Shown: positions 49,351 through 59,854, counted from the stretch's first letter. The stretch: DNA of 64,000 nt from Lachnospiraceae bacterium (GCA_021770245.1 JAETRI010000008.1:4927-68926), one strand, 5' to 3'. Notes: generated by a model not told the origin, from the letters alone. Numbers and translations: made by a program.

Positions 49351-52300
49351 TTATGCAGGATTTTCGGGCTGCAGATGGGCAAGCGCACCCTGATAATCCG
49401 CCTGCCGCTCCAGGATCTGTGTCAAAAGCTCCTCCGCCTTTTTCATTTCTCCCAGCCCCAGCGCCCCCAGGGCGCGCAGGTAGTTGCAGTAAAGCTCATT
49501 GCGCAGGCCGATATCCTCCTGGAACACGTCGATCTCCGGCAGGGAGACGGCGAAATAATCATATCCCACCTCGTCGAACAGATGTCTTTCCCCGAAGATC
49601 TGCAGCTGATGGAAGGCCTTTTTGGCCCTTTCCTCCCATCCCAGTTCCCGGCAGGCCAGGCCCTGATAGAAGATGAAATCCGAAGGCTGGTCGTTATAAT
49701 ATAACACGGCAGACGGTTCCTGAGGCCCCTGTGCCGCCCGTTTAAAGCAGGTCTCGGCCTGCTCCGTCCTTCCCAGCATGAGGCAGGCCTTTCCCAGCAG
49801 GTAATGGATCTGGTTATCCGGCACGTTGGGCAGCTTTCCTTCTCCCAGATTCTCCGGATAGGTCAGAGCGGACTCCAGGCCGGAAAAAGCCTCCTGTGCC
49901 TTCCCCTCCCGCATCCGCAGGACGGCCGTCTGAATCAGCGCATATCGATATTGGGCGCTCACCTTGCCCTCGCCCCCTTCCCAGGGATGGAAGCGGCGCT
50001 TCCTGAGCGCTTCCAGGGCTTCCCCATACCTTCCGCTGCAGTTCAGAAGAGTGATATAACGAAGATACAGGTCGTCCCTCTCCCACACCAGCCCGGGAGC
50101 GGATTCCATGGCTTCCAGGCGACGGGCAACGGGCAGATTCAGTCTTGCGGCCAGCTGATCGTATTCCAGCCGGTATCTGGGATAGGAAGCGTCCAGGCGG
50201 CACGCCTTTTCCATCGCTTCCAGAGCTTTTTCCCCGTTTTCTTCTTTATTATAATAGGCGATGGCCAGATTCCGCCAGGCCACGGCCAGATCCGTTTTTC
50301 CCTCCACTGCCGCTTCCCAATGGCGCATTGCAGGCCGATACTGCTTCTTGTCATAGAGCAGATTTCCCAGATAGTAATGGGCCATGGGGGCCTCATCCAG
50401 GGTGTCGATTGCCGCGGTCAGAACGGCGATCTCCTCCACCTTATTGGGGAAGCAGTAATCGAAGGGCGCAGCTTCCCCTTTCCGGAACGCTTCCGCCGCC
50501 TCCTCCGGTTTTCCCATCCGCTGTTTCAGGCAGCCGATGGAATAGAAGCACAGGGGATTCGGATTGGGGCAGGCCTCCAGAATTTCCAGAGCCTCTTCAT
50601 ACAGGCCCGCTTTCCCGTAATCCAGGGACAGGATCAGATAATTATGCGCCTCCGGACGCATCTTTTCCTTCCAGTATCCCATCGGGCCGTCCGGGCCTTC
50701 AGAATTTCCCGGGCATTCCGAATCTCCTGAGCATTCAGGACCTTCCTGATCTTCGGAATCTCCCTGTTCCCGCAAGGCTTTTTCATACAGGCATCCCATG
50801 CACAACGGATCGATCGCCAGGCTCTCCGCCAGCCAGGAAGCGGGATCCGCGCCCAGCCTCCGCATCAGCGCTGCCTTCAGCGTCCTGGCTTTCATGTCGT
50901 GCCAGTTCCCCGCCAGGGCCAGGTCCACGAATTCCAGCGCCCGATCGTATTCCTTCTTTTTCGTCTCCAGACAGGCCAGATGGTAGAAGCCGACGCTGCG
51001 CGTATCGGCGCACCAGGTCGCCTTGAAAAAGGCGTCATAGGCCTTCTCCTCCTGCCCGTCCGCCTCCAGGGCCAGACCCAGGTTAAAGTAGCATTCCCCT
51101 GAAGAGGGGTTGGGATTTTTCCAGGTCTGCTTGGCGATCGCCGCCTCGAAATGGGGGATACTTTCCCGGATCCGGCCCCGCCTGTAGAGCAAAAGTCCGT
51201 AACCGTTATTCAGACGGATATCCGTGCCGTCCCGCCGCAGTCCTTCCAGATAATAGTCCTCCGGCTCATAGGTGGCATGGCGGTACTGCTCCAGATGGGC
51301 GGCCGCAAGATAGAGTTCCTCCGTGGACTTCAGCTCGCCCGGGGCCATCAGGGCATCCGCCGGCCGGGGAAGCGGTTCCGGCTTCCTCTCATATACCGCG
51401 TACTCCACCAGCGTTCTTCCCCGCCAGGACACCTGCACCCCGCAGCCTTTCACGCCCGGGACCGTCCCTTCGGGCAGGGAAAAGGAAAGGTCATAACAGG
51501 CCTCCGGCGTCAGGTCGGCCCGGCCTTCATACACTGCCCGCCCCTCCTTTTTCACCCGGATCTCCGCTCCGGGGTAGATCCCCGTGGTATAGATTTTCAA
51601 AAGGAGCTTTCCGTCCCCGGCCTCGGACAGACCCACCAGGGCATCCCTGGTGGCGTTCCCCACCCGTCCCACGCCCTTGTAAGGCATAAAATACTGTACA
51701 AAGGTTTTCTCCTCATGGGGAGCCAGCCAGGTAAAATCCGGCTGGTTGTCACAGAATACCCCTGTCATCAGCTCGATATAGGGCCCGTCGCTGTCCGTTA
51801 AGTTCCGGTCCCAGGTCCTGCCGAAATCCCCGTTTCCCCAGGTCCACTGCTTCTTGCCCGGAGAAATATGATGATCCGCCACATGGAGCAGCCCGGCTTC
51901 CACCCCTTCGTCATAGTTTCCCACGAAGTCGAAGTCGGAATGGGCCGCCATATAGGAGGTGGGCACTTTCACGTTTTGATATCTGGAAATATCCACCCCG
52001 GCGGAGTAATCCCATTTATAATATTCTCCGGTGGCGATGGGGAAGGTGGAAACCGCCCGTTTTCCGTGATCCATCACCGCGTTTACGTCCGGCGGAAACA
52101 CGGAGTAGGTGTGATCGTTCACGGGCACCGCCGGATTGGCCCACCACAGGAAGGTCCGGGGCAGATCCGTCCGGTTGTACAGCCGTCCCCGGATCTCGAT
52201 ATAGGCTTTGCCCGGATAGAGGGTAATGGAGGCCATCCCCTTGGTACCGTACATTTTGTCGGTCTCGCTTAAGTGCACCGTGGCGGAGCCGTCCGCATTC

Positions 52301-52719
52301 CCGGAGAGGGAATACTCCACCGGCGCATAGGTGGAAGGCCGGTGATGCTGAGGCCAGTTGAATTCGATCCCGCCCGAGATCCACGGCCCGGCAAGACCCA
52401 CCAGCGCCGGCTTGATCACATGGTTATAATAGACAAAATCGTACCCGTTGGTCTTGTCATAGGCCCGTTGGATCCGCCCGCCCAGCTGGGGCAGGATGCA
52501 GACCTTCAGATATTCGTTTTCCAGATAGACGGCCCGATACGCCGCATCCTCCTTTTCGTCGGATATTTTTTCCGTCACCGGCAGGGGATATACCTTGCCG
52601 GTGCTCCCCTGGTAGGCTCTTTTTTCGATAAACAACGGGCTCTTTTCCGCGGGATAGACCGGATACGTGGGGATCATACAGTCCTCCTCCCAGATTCTAA
52701 CGCCTGATACAGCAGTCAT
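49351..52719 (-). CDS. DUF5107 domain protein with C-terminal TPR repeats
   Basis: 1122 aa. The N-terminus IPTYPVYPAEKSPLFIEKRAYQGSTGKVYPLP...GGIEFNWPQHHRPST is DUF5107-like from memory. The C-terminal half is TPR-like (repeated AxxxYxxAL/GxxxEA helices). Confidence 0.7.
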   Translation of the reverse strand: MTAVSGVRIWEEDCMIPTYPVYPAEKSPLFIEKRAYQGSTGKVYPLPVTEKISDEKEDAAYRAVYLENEYLKVCILPQLGGRIQRAYDKTNGYDFVYYNHVIKPALVGLAGPWISGGIEFNWPQHHRPSTYAPVEYSLSGNADGSATVHLSETDKMYGTKGMASITLYPGKAYIEIRGRLYNRTDLPRTFLWWANPAVPVNDHTYSVFPPDVNAVMDHGKRAVSTFPIATGEYYKWDYSAGVDISRYQNVKVPTSYMAAHSDFDFVGNYDEGVEAGLLHVADHHISPGKKQWTWGNGDFGRTWDRNLTDSDGPYIELMTGVFCDNQPDFTWLAPHEEKTFVQYFMPYKGVGRVGNATRDALVGLSEAGDGKLLLKIYTTGIYPGAEIRVKKEGRAVYEGRADLTPEACYDLSFSLPEGTVPGVKGCGVQVSWRGRTLVEYAVYERKPEPLPRPADALMAPGELKSTEELYLAAAHLEQYRHATYEPEDYYLEGLRRDGTDIRLNNGYGLLLYRRGRIRESIPHFEAAIAKQTWKNPNPSSGECYFNLGLALEADGQEEKAYDAFFKATWCADTRSVGFYHLACLETKKKEYDRALEFVDLALAGNWHDMKARTLKAALMRRLGADPASWLAESLAIDPLCMGCLYEKALREQGDSEDQEGPECSGDSECPGNSEGPDGPMGYWKEKMRPEAHNYLILSLDYGKAGLYEEALEILEACPNPNPLCFYSIGCLKQRMGKPEEAAEAFRKGEAAPFDYCFPNKVEEIAVLTAAIDTLDEAPMAHYYLGNLLYDKKQYRPAMRHWEAAVEGKTDLAVAWRNLAIAYYNKEENGEKALEAMEKACRLDASYPRYRLEYDQLAARLNLPVARRLEAMESAPGLVWERDDLYLRYITLLNCSGRYGEALEALRKRRFHPWEGGEGKVSAQYRYALIQTAVLRMREGKAQEAFSGLESALTYPENLGEGKLPNVPDNQIHYLLGKACLMLGRTEQAETCFKRAAQGPQEPSAVLYYNDQPSDFIFYQGLACRELGWEERAKKAFHQLQIFGERHLFDEVGYDYFAVSLPEIDVFQEDIGLRNELYCNYLRALGALGLGEMKKAEELLTQILERQADYQGALAHLQPENPA

Positions 52720-52805
52720 TCTCCTTCTCCCTTCCTGGATTTTTCCAAATGTCGTCTTCTGCCGCCAAGGTCTGCCATGAAAACCGCACAGGCCGTCCGC
52801 CTTCC

Positions 52806-52892
52806 TGGCCAGGACAAACGCATGAATGGCCTTGCGGCCCCTGCGCCACCCCTGCCCGCCCCCGAGGCGTGTGATGATCCATCAGGGATCAT
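52806..52892. repeat. family B repeat (copy B6)
   Basis: ggccaggacaaacgcatgaatggccttgcggcccctgcgccacccctgcccgcccccgaggcgtgtgatgatccatcagggatcatc. Closely matches 63919-64000. Confidence 0.8.
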
Positions 52893-52983
52893 CCAAAAAC
52901 GGCAGCACAAAACGGAATCTGTTCTTCTATCTGCATTTTATCATGGGAAAGAGAGCCGTGAAAATGCCATATCCAAAGGAAAG

Positions 52984-53913
52984 ATGGACAATCTTCCACA
53001 ATCATGGTATACTGCTCCCATGAATGAGTTTACACAATGGAAGAAAGACGGATTTAAAGGAGAACAGATGATCGTACTGCCCACGGAGTCCTTCCAGGAC
53101 TATGTGGAGCACCCGCTGGTACGGCGGCTTTATCTGACCGATGTGGGTTTCTTTCCCCATGCCGAACACCATTTCCGGGAGAGAAAGGACGGGATCGAAG
53201 AATATATTTTTATCTACTGCACGGAAGGTATGGGAACCGTCCATGTTAAGGGAAAAACCTATACGCTCCGGGAAAACGAAGCGTTCTGCATCCCCCACAA
53301 TACCCCCCACCGGTACTATGCCTGTGCGGAGGATCCATGGAGTATTTTGTGGGTCCATTTTAAAGGGGAGGATGTGTCCTGTTTTCCCCTGGAGGAATGC
53401 CGGGTGGTCAGCCTGTCTTCTGCGCACGCCACCAACCGGATGCATTTCCTTTTCGACCTGCTTTTCCGGGTGCTGGACGGCCACTATACCCTGGGAAACT
53501 TTATCTATATTTCCCAGGTGCTTTCCCTGATCCTCTCGGAGGCCTATTTCCGAGAAAAGCAAAACTCCGTCCGGGAGCAAAATAAGCATGTAACCAATGT
53601 CATCCGATATATGTACAGGCACCTGGAGGAAAACCTGACGCTGGCGGATCTGGCCGCGGAATTCGAGCTGTCCAAAAGCTACTTAAACGCCGTCTTCCAG
53701 AAATATACCCAGCATTCCCCGATGGATTTCTTCATACACCTGAAAATGAAGCAGGCATGCCGTCTGCTGCGTACCACGGATCTGTACATCTATCAGATCG
53801 CCGGGGCGCTGGGCTATGCGGATCAATACTATTTTTCCCGAATCTTCAGGAAAGTGGTGGGCATGTCCCCGAAGGAATATAAGCATAGCGAGTATTTTCA
53901 TTATAAAGAATGA
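52984..53913 (+). CDS. AraC family transcriptional regulator (cupin sensor + HTH)
   Basis: Cupin part YIFIYCTEGMGTVHVKGKTYTLRENEAFCIPHNTPHRY. HTH part LTLADLAAEFELSKSYLNAVFQKYTQHSPMDFF...IAGALGYADQYYFSRIFRKVVGMSPKEY. Start ATG 52984 or 53020; the ORF-track start at 52777 lies inside repeat B6. Confidence 0.85.
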   Translation: MDNLPQSWYTAPMNEFTQWKKDGFKGEQMIVLPTESFQDYVEHPLVRRLYLTDVGFFPHAEHHFRERKDGIEEYIFIYCTEGMGTVHVKGKTYTLRENEAFCIPHNTPHRYYACAEDPWSILWVHFKGEDVSCFPLEECRVVSLSSAHATNRMHFLFDLLFRVLDGHYTLGNFIYISQVLSLILSEAYFREKQNSVREQNKHVTNVIRYMYRHLEENLTLADLAAEFELSKSYLNAVFQKYTQHSPMDFFIHLKMKQACRLLRTTDLYIYQIAGALGYADQYYFSRIFRKVVGMSPKEYKHSEYFHYKE

Positions 53914-53925
53914 GGCCGGAAAATA

Positions 53926-54654
53926 TCATCCTTTTTCAGCCCGGATTATCATGGTGCCGCCATTTTCGTAAAGCACGCGGATCCGTTCAAAGCCCGCATG
54001 CCGCATCAGCTCTGTCTGGTGTTCCAGCGTCAGCGGGATATCGATATGGATGAAAACGTCGTCGGGTATCCGGCCCTCCCTCCGTTTGAACTCATACTGC
54101 TCCTGACAGATCTCTTCCTCTTCCTGACAGCAGGCGATATAGTCGCATTCGATATAATATCCGCCCGGCTTGATCGCCTGAAAGAGCTTATCATAGATTC
54201 GCTGCTTCTTTTGATATTTAAAATGATGGAGCGTCTCAAAGGAAAGAGCGGCATCATACCGCTGTGTCCCCAGGGGATATTCAAAATAATCTGCCCGGAT
54301 GATTTCCATCCCCCTGTCCGCATATTTTCCTCTCAGTTTATCCAGCATGTCCTTCGACAAATCGATCCCCGTAACCGCCACATCGGGAAACCGTTCATAA
54401 ATTGACTTAAGCTCCAGCCCCGTGCCGCACCCGATGTCCAGCAGCGATCCCAGCGGGGAGTCGAAGTAATCCGCGATATGGGCATACTCTTCCCCCCAGT
54501 TTCCCAGATGGACATTCTCGTACTCCCCGATCCGTTTTGAGAAAAAGTCCGCCATTTCCTCCGCCGGCTTCTTTCTCTCCTCCGCCAGCCACTGCTTCAG
54601 TTCCAGCATATACTTTTCCGTTTCTTCCGGCGTCCTTTTCCTGCTCTCTAACAT
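53926..54654 (-). CDS. class I SAM-dependent methyltransferase
   Basis: Motif I LLDIGCGTGLEL, post-I VTGIDLS; 242 aa. Confidence 0.8.
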   Translation of the reverse strand: MLESRKRTPEETEKYMLELKQWLAEERKKPAEEMADFFSKRIGEYENVHLGNWGEEYAHIADYFDSPLGSLLDIGCGTGLELKSIYERFPDVAVTGIDLSKDMLDKLRGKYADRGMEIIRADYFEYPLGTQRYDAALSFETLHHFKYQKKQRIYDKLFQAIKPGGYYIECDYIACCQEEEEICQEQYEFKRREGRIPDDVFIHIDIPLTLEHQTELMRHAGFERIRVLYENGGTMIIRAEKG

Positions 54655-54764
54655 ATCAAATCCCCTTCCGTTTCCCCAGATTAAGTTCCATCCGATCGCT
54701 ACATCTTAATTATATAGAAAGAGGCTTCCGTTTACAATAAAATTCCCGTAAAATTTCGTCTTCC

Positions 54765-54850
54765 GGCCGGGCAGAGGCAGCAAACGCACGAATGGCCCTG
54801 AAGCCTCTGCGCCATTTATGCGTTTGTCCCACCGCCCCCATTGTCCCACC
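54765..54850. repeat. family B repeat (copy B7)
   Basis: gggcagaggcagcaaacgcacgaatggccctgaagcctctgcgccatttatgcgtttgtccc. The complementary pairs are interleaved: gcagaggc/gcctctgc and caaacgca/tgcgtttg. Confidence 0.7.
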
Positions 54851-54866
54851 GCCACGAAAAAATCCA

Positions 54867-54894
54867 TTGACATTTCCGCAGAAACCCTTATAAT
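54867..54894 (+). promoter_or_regulatory. sigma-A promoter of the puuR-like/potABCD operon
   Basis: TTGACA-16 nt-TATAAT, consensus hexamers. Confidence 0.6.
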
Positions 54895-54915
54895 GGATAT
54901 CAGTGCATTTGTTTA

Positions 54916-54950
54916 GTGATTGTAAACTTTAAGTTTATTCTTACAATCAC
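54916..54950 (+). promoter_or_regulatory. 35-bp inverted repeat just downstream of the promoter (candidate operator)
   Basis: gtgattgtaa-N15-ttacaatcac with an inner palindrome aaactt-t-aagttt. Confidence 0.35.
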
Positions 54951-54984
54951 ACCGTCCCGGCCGCACAGACAGGAGCAGACACTT

Positions 54985-55524
54985 ATGAAGATAGGAAACA
55001 AGCTGAAAGAACTGCGCATCCAAAAAGGGCTGACCCAGGAGGAACTGGCCGACCGGGCCGAGCTTTCCAAGGGATTCATCTCCCAGCTGGAACGCGACCT
55101 CACTTCCCCCTCCATAGCCACCCTTGTGGATATCCTGCAGGTGCTCGGGACGGATCTGAACGAGTTTTTCAGTGAAAAGACCGAGGAACAGATCGTTTTC
55201 TCCGCACAGGATTATTTTGAGAAGGTGGATGAGGACTACCGCAACAGGACGGAATGGATCATCCCCAATGCCCAGAAGAACATCATGGAACCCATCCGGC
55301 TTACCCTGGAACCGGGCGGATCCACCTATCCGGATAACCCGCATGAAGGGGAAGAGTTCGGCTACGTCTTAAGCGGCAGCGTAACCATCCATATCGGGAA
55401 GCGCACCATACGGGCCAGGAAAGGGGAATCCTTTTATTTCACGCCCAGTTCCACGCACTATCTTACCGCCGGAGAAAAGACCGGGGCGACCCTCATATGG
55501 GTCAGCAGCCCGCCCAGCTTTTAA
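54985..55524 (+). CDS. XRE-family HTH + cupin regulator (PuuR-like)
   Basis: [38 protein letters not shown] plus a C-terminal cupin ([19 protein letters not shown]). Trimmed to ATG 54985. Confidence 0.8.
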   Translation: MKIGNKLKELRIQKGLTQEELADRAELSKGFISQLERDLTSPSIATLVDILQVLGTDLNEFFSEKTEEQIVFSAQDYFEKVDEDYRNRTEWIIPNAQKNIMEPIRLTLEPGGSTYPDNPHEGEEFGYVLSGSVTIHIGKRTIRARKGESFYFTPSSTHYLTAGEKTGATLIWVSSPPSF

Positions 55525-55571
55525 GCCGGTTTTACCGGGTCATACCGCACAGCGGAGAAAGGTCGCACACG

Positions 55572-56645
55572 ATGAGCAACAGACTGATCGATCTTCAGCA
55601 CATAACCAAGTCCTTCGGTTCCACCGTGGTTCTGGACGATATGAATCTATATATCCGGGAAAATGAATTTCTCACTCTGCTCGGTCCCAGCGGCTGCGGT
55701 AAAACCACCACGCTGCGCATCATCGGCGGTTTTGAGACGCCGGATCAGGGCCGGGTTCTCTTTGAGGGGACAGATATCACCAACCTGCCGCCCAATAAGC
55801 GGCAGCTCAATACGGTATTCCAGAAATATGCCCTCTTTACCCATATGAATATCGCGGAAAACATCGCTTTCGGGCTGAAAATAAAGGGAAAAAGCAAAAG
55901 CTATATCGACGACAAGATCAAATATGCGCTGAAACTGGTGAATCTGGACGGCTATGGCAAGCGGATGCCCGACTCCCTGAGCGGAGGCCAGCAGCAGCGG
56001 GTGGCCATCGCCCGGGCCATCGTCAACGAGCCCCGGGTGCTGCTTCTGGACGAACCGCTGGGCGCCCTGGATCTGAAGCTTCGCCAGGATATGCAGTATG
56101 AGCTGATCCGGCTGAAAAACGAACTGGGCATCACCTTCATCTACGTCACCCATGACCAGGAAGAGGCGCTCACCATGTCCGACACCATCGTGGTCATGAA
56201 CCAGGGGTACATACAGCAGATCGGCACGCCGGAGGATATCTATAACGAACCGGAAAACGCCTTTGTGGCGGACTTCATCGGGGACAGCAATATTTTCGAC
56301 GCGGTTATGAAGCACGACGGGCTGGTTTCCATCCTGGGTTTTCCTTTCCCCTGCGTGGATACGGGCTTCGGGAACGAAAAGCCCGTGGACGCCGTCATCC
56401 GTCCCGAGGATGTGGAACTGGTGGAGCCCGGCGACGGGATCCTCCAGGGTGTTGTCACCCACCTGATCTTCAAAGGCGTCCATTACGAGATGGAGGTCAC
56501 CGCCGGCGGTTTTGAATGGCTGGTCCACTCCACCCGCCTGTTCCCCGTGGGAACGCCGGTGGGGATCCGGGTGGATCCCTTCAATATCCAGATTATGCAC
56601 AAACCCGCGTCCGAGGATGAGGAGGCCGCTGCCGTCGATGAATAA
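55572..56645 (+). CDS. potA: spermidine/putrescine ABC transporter ATP-binding protein
   Basis: [34 protein letters not shown], and a TOBE-like C-terminus. Trimmed to ATG 55572. Confidence 0.9.
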   Translation: MSNRLIDLQHITKSFGSTVVLDDMNLYIRENEFLTLLGPSGCGKTTTLRIIGGFETPDQGRVLFEGTDITNLPPNKRQLNTVFQKYALFTHMNIAENIAFGLKIKGKSKSYIDDKIKYALKLVNLDGYGKRMPDSLSGGQQQRVAIARAIVNEPRVLLLDEPLGALDLKLRQDMQYELIRLKNELGITFIYVTHDQEEALTMSDTIVVMNQGYIQQIGTPEDIYNEPENAFVADFIGDSNIFDAVMKHDGLVSILGFPFPCVDTGFGNEKPVDAVIRPEDVELVEPGDGILQGVVTHLIFKGVHYEMEVTAGGFEWLVHSTRLFPVGTPVGIRVDPFNIQIMHKPASEDEEAAAVDE

Positions 56646-57462
56646 GAAACGCTGTCTGAACCTGATGTCCGCTCCCTATGTATTGTGGTCCGCCGCATTC
56701 ATCATCATCCCTCTGTGCATGGTGTTCTATTACGGGCTTACGGACCGAAGCGGCGCATTTACCTTAAGCAATGTGGCGGCCATCGCCACCCGGGAACATG
56801 CCAGGGCGTTGTGGCTTTCCATCGGCCTTTCTTTGGTCAGCACGTTGATCTGCTTCCTGCTGGCCTATCCGCTGGCCATGATTTTGGCCCGGATGAACGT
56901 GAGTCAGCACAGCTTCATCGTGCTGATTTTCATCCTGCCCATGTGGATGAACTTTTTGCTGCGCACCCTGGCCTGGCAGACCCTGCTGGAAAAAACGGGC
57001 GTGATCAATTCCGTCCTCTCCTTCCTGCATCTGCCTGCCCTGTCCATCATCAATACCCCGGCCGCCATCATCCTGGGCATGGTCTATAATTTCCTGCCCT
57101 TCATGGTGCTGCCCATTTATAACGTACTCACCAAGATCGATCCCAACGTGGTGAATGCCGCCCGGGATCTGGGAGCCAACAGCCTCCAGACTTTCCTGCG
57201 CGTGACCTTTCCCCTGAGCCTGCCGGGGGTGGTGAGCGGGATCACCATGGTATTCGTCCCGGCCCTCACCACATTTGTCATCAGCAACCTGCTCGGCGGA
57301 AGCAAGATCCTCCTGATCGGAAACGTCATCGAGCAGGAATTCACCCAGGCCGGCAACTGGAACCTGGGCAGCGGGCTTTCCATTGTCCTGATGCTTTTCA
57401 TTATCCTGAACATGATCCTCACGGCCATCTTCGATAAGGAAGGGGAGGGAACGGCGCTTTGA
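56638..57462 (+). CDS. potB: spermidine/putrescine ABC transporter permease
   Basis: EAA loop [31 protein letters not shown] 56638 overlaps the potA stop. Confidence 0.9.
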   Translation: MNKKRCLNLMSAPYVLWSAAFIIIPLCMVFYYGLTDRSGAFTLSNVAAIATREHARALWLSIGLSLVSTLICFLLAYPLAMILARMNVSQHSFIVLIFILPMWMNFLLRTLAWQTLLEKTGVINSVLSFLHLPALSIINTPAAIILGMVYNFLPFMVLPIYNVLTKIDPNVVNAARDLGANSLQTFLRVTFPLSLPGVVSGITMVFVPALTTFVISNLLGGSKILLIGNVIEQEFTQAGNWNLGSGLSIVLMLFIILNMILTAIFDKEGEGTAL

Positions 57463-58232
57463 AAACCACAATCCTGAAAAAAATCTATATCGCCCTGATT
57501 TTCCTCTTCCTCTATGCCCCCATCCTTACTCTGATGGTGCTTTCCTTCAATGCCAGCAGGACGAGGGCCAAATGGGGCGGCTTTACCCTGAAATGGTATC
57601 GGGAGCTTTTCCAAAACCGGATTATTCTGGAGGCTCTGTCCAATACCCTGCTGATCGCCCTCCTCTCCGCCGTCATTTCTACCGTCATCGGCACCGTGGC
57701 CTGCCTTGCCATGGATCGGATGAAGCGGCGCAGCCGGGCTGTTTTAATGGGCATCACCAATATCCCCATGCTGAACGCGGAGATCGTCACCGGTATTTCC
57801 CTGATGCTCCTGTTTATCAGTATGGGGGTCCGGTTCGGTTTCGGGACGATCCTGCTTTCCCACATCACCTTCAATATTCCCTATGTAATCCTGAGCGTGA
57901 TGCCCCGGATGAAGCAGTTAAATCCCAGCACCTTTGAAGCGGCCATGGATCTGGGCGCATCCGGGCCGAAGGCCTTTTTCAGCGTGGTCTTTCCCGACCT
58001 GCTGCCGGGAATCCTCTCCGGTTTCCTGATGGCCTTTACCATGTCGCTGGACGATTTCATCATTACCCACTTCACCAAGGGGCCGGGGATCGACACCCTG
58101 TCCACCAAGATTTACACCGAAGTGAAAAAGGGAATCAAGCCGGAAATGTATGCGCTTTCCACCCTAATCTTCGCCGCCGTGCTCCTGCTGCTCTTCCTGG
58201 TGAACAGGATGCCCGGCGAAAAAACTCCCTGA
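57459..58232 (+). CDS. potC: spermidine/putrescine ABC transporter permease
   Basis: EAA loop STFEAAMDLGASGPKAFFSVVFPDLLPG. TTG start overlaps the potB stop, with ggggaggga upstream. Confidence 0.9.
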   Translation: MKTTILKKIYIALIFLFLYAPILTLMVLSFNASRTRAKWGGFTLKWYRELFQNRIILEALSNTLLIALLSAVISTVIGTVACLAMDRMKRRSRAVLMGITNIPMLNAEIVTGISLMLLFISMGVRFGFGTILLSHITFNIPYVILSVMPRMKQLNPSTFEAAMDLGASGPKAFFSVVFPDLLPGILSGFLMAFTMSLDDFIITHFTKGPGIDTLSTKIYTEVKKGIKPEMYALSTLIFAAVLLLLFLVNRMPGEKTP

Positions 58233-58299
58233 TTTGGATGCCCGCTAAAGCGGGCAGATGGGAACACGCATGAAGAAAAGCTACGAGGAGGAATCATCG

Positions 58300-59361
58300 A
58301 TGAAAAAAATATCCGTACTGCTCCTTTTTACCCTCACTGCCCTCTCCCTCGCCGCCTGCGGTAATGCATCCTCCGGCAAAGACAACGGGGAAGTGGTGGT
58401 CTATAACTGGGGGGAATATATCGATCCCGACACCATCGACATGTTCGAAGAGGAAACGGGGATCCGGGTGATCTATGACGAGTTTGAAACCAATGAAATC
58501 ATGTATCCCCGGGTAGAGGCCGGCGCGTCGGCCTATGACGTGGTATGTCCCTCCGACTACATGATCCAGAAGATGATCCAGAACGACCTTCTGGCCGAAT
58601 TGAATTATGACAACCTTCCCAACGCCAGAGAAAATATCGGCGCCCAGTACTGGGAACAGTCCACCCAGTTCGACCCGGGAAACAAATATGCCGTCCCCTA
58701 CTGCTGGGGAACCGTGGGTATCCTGTACAACAAGACCATGGTGGACGATCCCGTTGACAGCTGGTCCATCCTCTGGAATGAAAAATATGCGGATAACATC
58801 CTGATGCAGGATTCCGTCCGCGATGCGTTCATGGTGGCCCTGAAACTCTCCGGATGCTCCATGAATTCCGTGGACGAACAGGAGCTGCAGGCCGCCAGAG
58901 ATCTTCTCATCAGCCAGAAGCCCCTGATCCAGGCCTATGTGATCGACCAGGTGCGGGATAAGATGATCGGAAACGAGGCTGCGATCGGCGTCATTTACTC
59001 CGGCGAGGCCATCTATACCCAGCGGGAGAACCCGGATCTGGAATATGTCATCCCCAAGGAGGGGACGAACGTCTGGATCGACTCCTGGGTGATTCCCAAA
59101 AACGCCCCCAACCGGGAGAACGCGGAAAAATTCATCGATTTCATGTGCCGGGCCGATATTGCGCTGCTGAATTTCGAATATATCACCTATTCCACGCCCA
59201 ACGATGCCGCCCGGGAGCTGATCGAAGACGAGGATATCCGTACTTCCCCGATCGCCTTTCCCGATTTGAACGCCTATGACCATCTGGAGACCTATTCCTA
59301 TCTGGGCGAGGAGGCGGACGCCGTTTACAACGAGCTGTGGAAGGAAGTCAAGTCCAACTGA
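58300..59361 (+). CDS. potD: spermidine/putrescine ABC transporter substrate-binding lipoprotein
   Basis: Trimmed to ATG 58300 (gaggagg upstream): MKKISVLLLFTLTALSLAACGN lipobox; VVVYNWGEYIDPD..., PotD-like. Confidence 0.9.
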   Translation: MKKISVLLLFTLTALSLAACGNASSGKDNGEVVVYNWGEYIDPDTIDMFEEETGIRVIYDEFETNEIMYPRVEAGASAYDVVCPSDYMIQKMIQNDLLAELNYDNLPNARENIGAQYWEQSTQFDPGNKYAVPYCWGTVGILYNKTMVDDPVDSWSILWNEKYADNILMQDSVRDAFMVALKLSGCSMNSVDEQELQAARDLLISQKPLIQAYVIDQVRDKMIGNEAAIGVIYSGEAIYTQRENPDLEYVIPKEGTNVWIDSWVIPKNAPNRENAEKFIDFMCRADIALLNFEYITYSTPNDAARELIEDEDIRTSPIAFPDLNAYDHLETYSYLGEEADAVYNELWKEVKSN

Positions 59362-59372
59362 ATTATTTTCAG

Positions 59373-59413
59373 GGCCGGGGCAGCACGGTTCAGACGCCTG
59401 TCCTGCCCCGGCC
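59373..59413. terminator. 11-bp GC hairpin between the convergent potD and cheY-like genes
   Basis: ggccggggcag-N19-ctgccccggcc; no clear U tract on either strand. Confidence 0.35.
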
Positions 59414-59491
59414 GGGGAGGAGCCTTGTGCCATTTGAGGTTTGTCCTGAGGCTGCATCCCTTATTTCTGCAGCGGACGCATCATCCCGCTC

Positions 59492-59854
59492 TTATCTAAG
59501 TGCTTTATCAAACACCTCGAGCAGCCGATCCTGATGAAAAGGCTTATCTATAAACCCTTTTGCGCCGATCGCTTCGGCCCTCTCAAAAGTATCTTCATAT
59601 GCCAGGGATGAAATCATGACAATCTTTGCATCCGGATGTTCTTTCAAAATAATCTCGGAAGCGTCCAGCCCGTCCATTCCCTGCATAATAATATCCATGG
59701 TCACTAAATCGGGTTTTACTTGATCATACTGGGCAATCGCATCCTCCCCGCTCCTGCAGTATGCCACAATCTCATAATCCGTGCCTTTTAAAACATCACC
59801 CAGCTGTACCTTCACCAATCGGGAATCATCTACCACCATAATTCGTTTGCTCAT
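59492..59854 (-). CDS. single-domain response regulator (CheY-like)
   Basis: RIMVVDDS..., phospho-acceptor region DLVTMDIIMQGMDG, and IVMISSLA...GAKGFIDKPF. 120 aa. Confidence 0.85.
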   Translation of the reverse strand: MSKRIMVVDDSRLVKVQLGDVLKGTDYEIVAYCRSGEDAIAQYDQVKPDLVTMDIIMQGMDGLDASEIILKEHPDAKIVMISSLAYEDTFERAEAIGAKGFIDKPFHQDRLLEVFDKALR

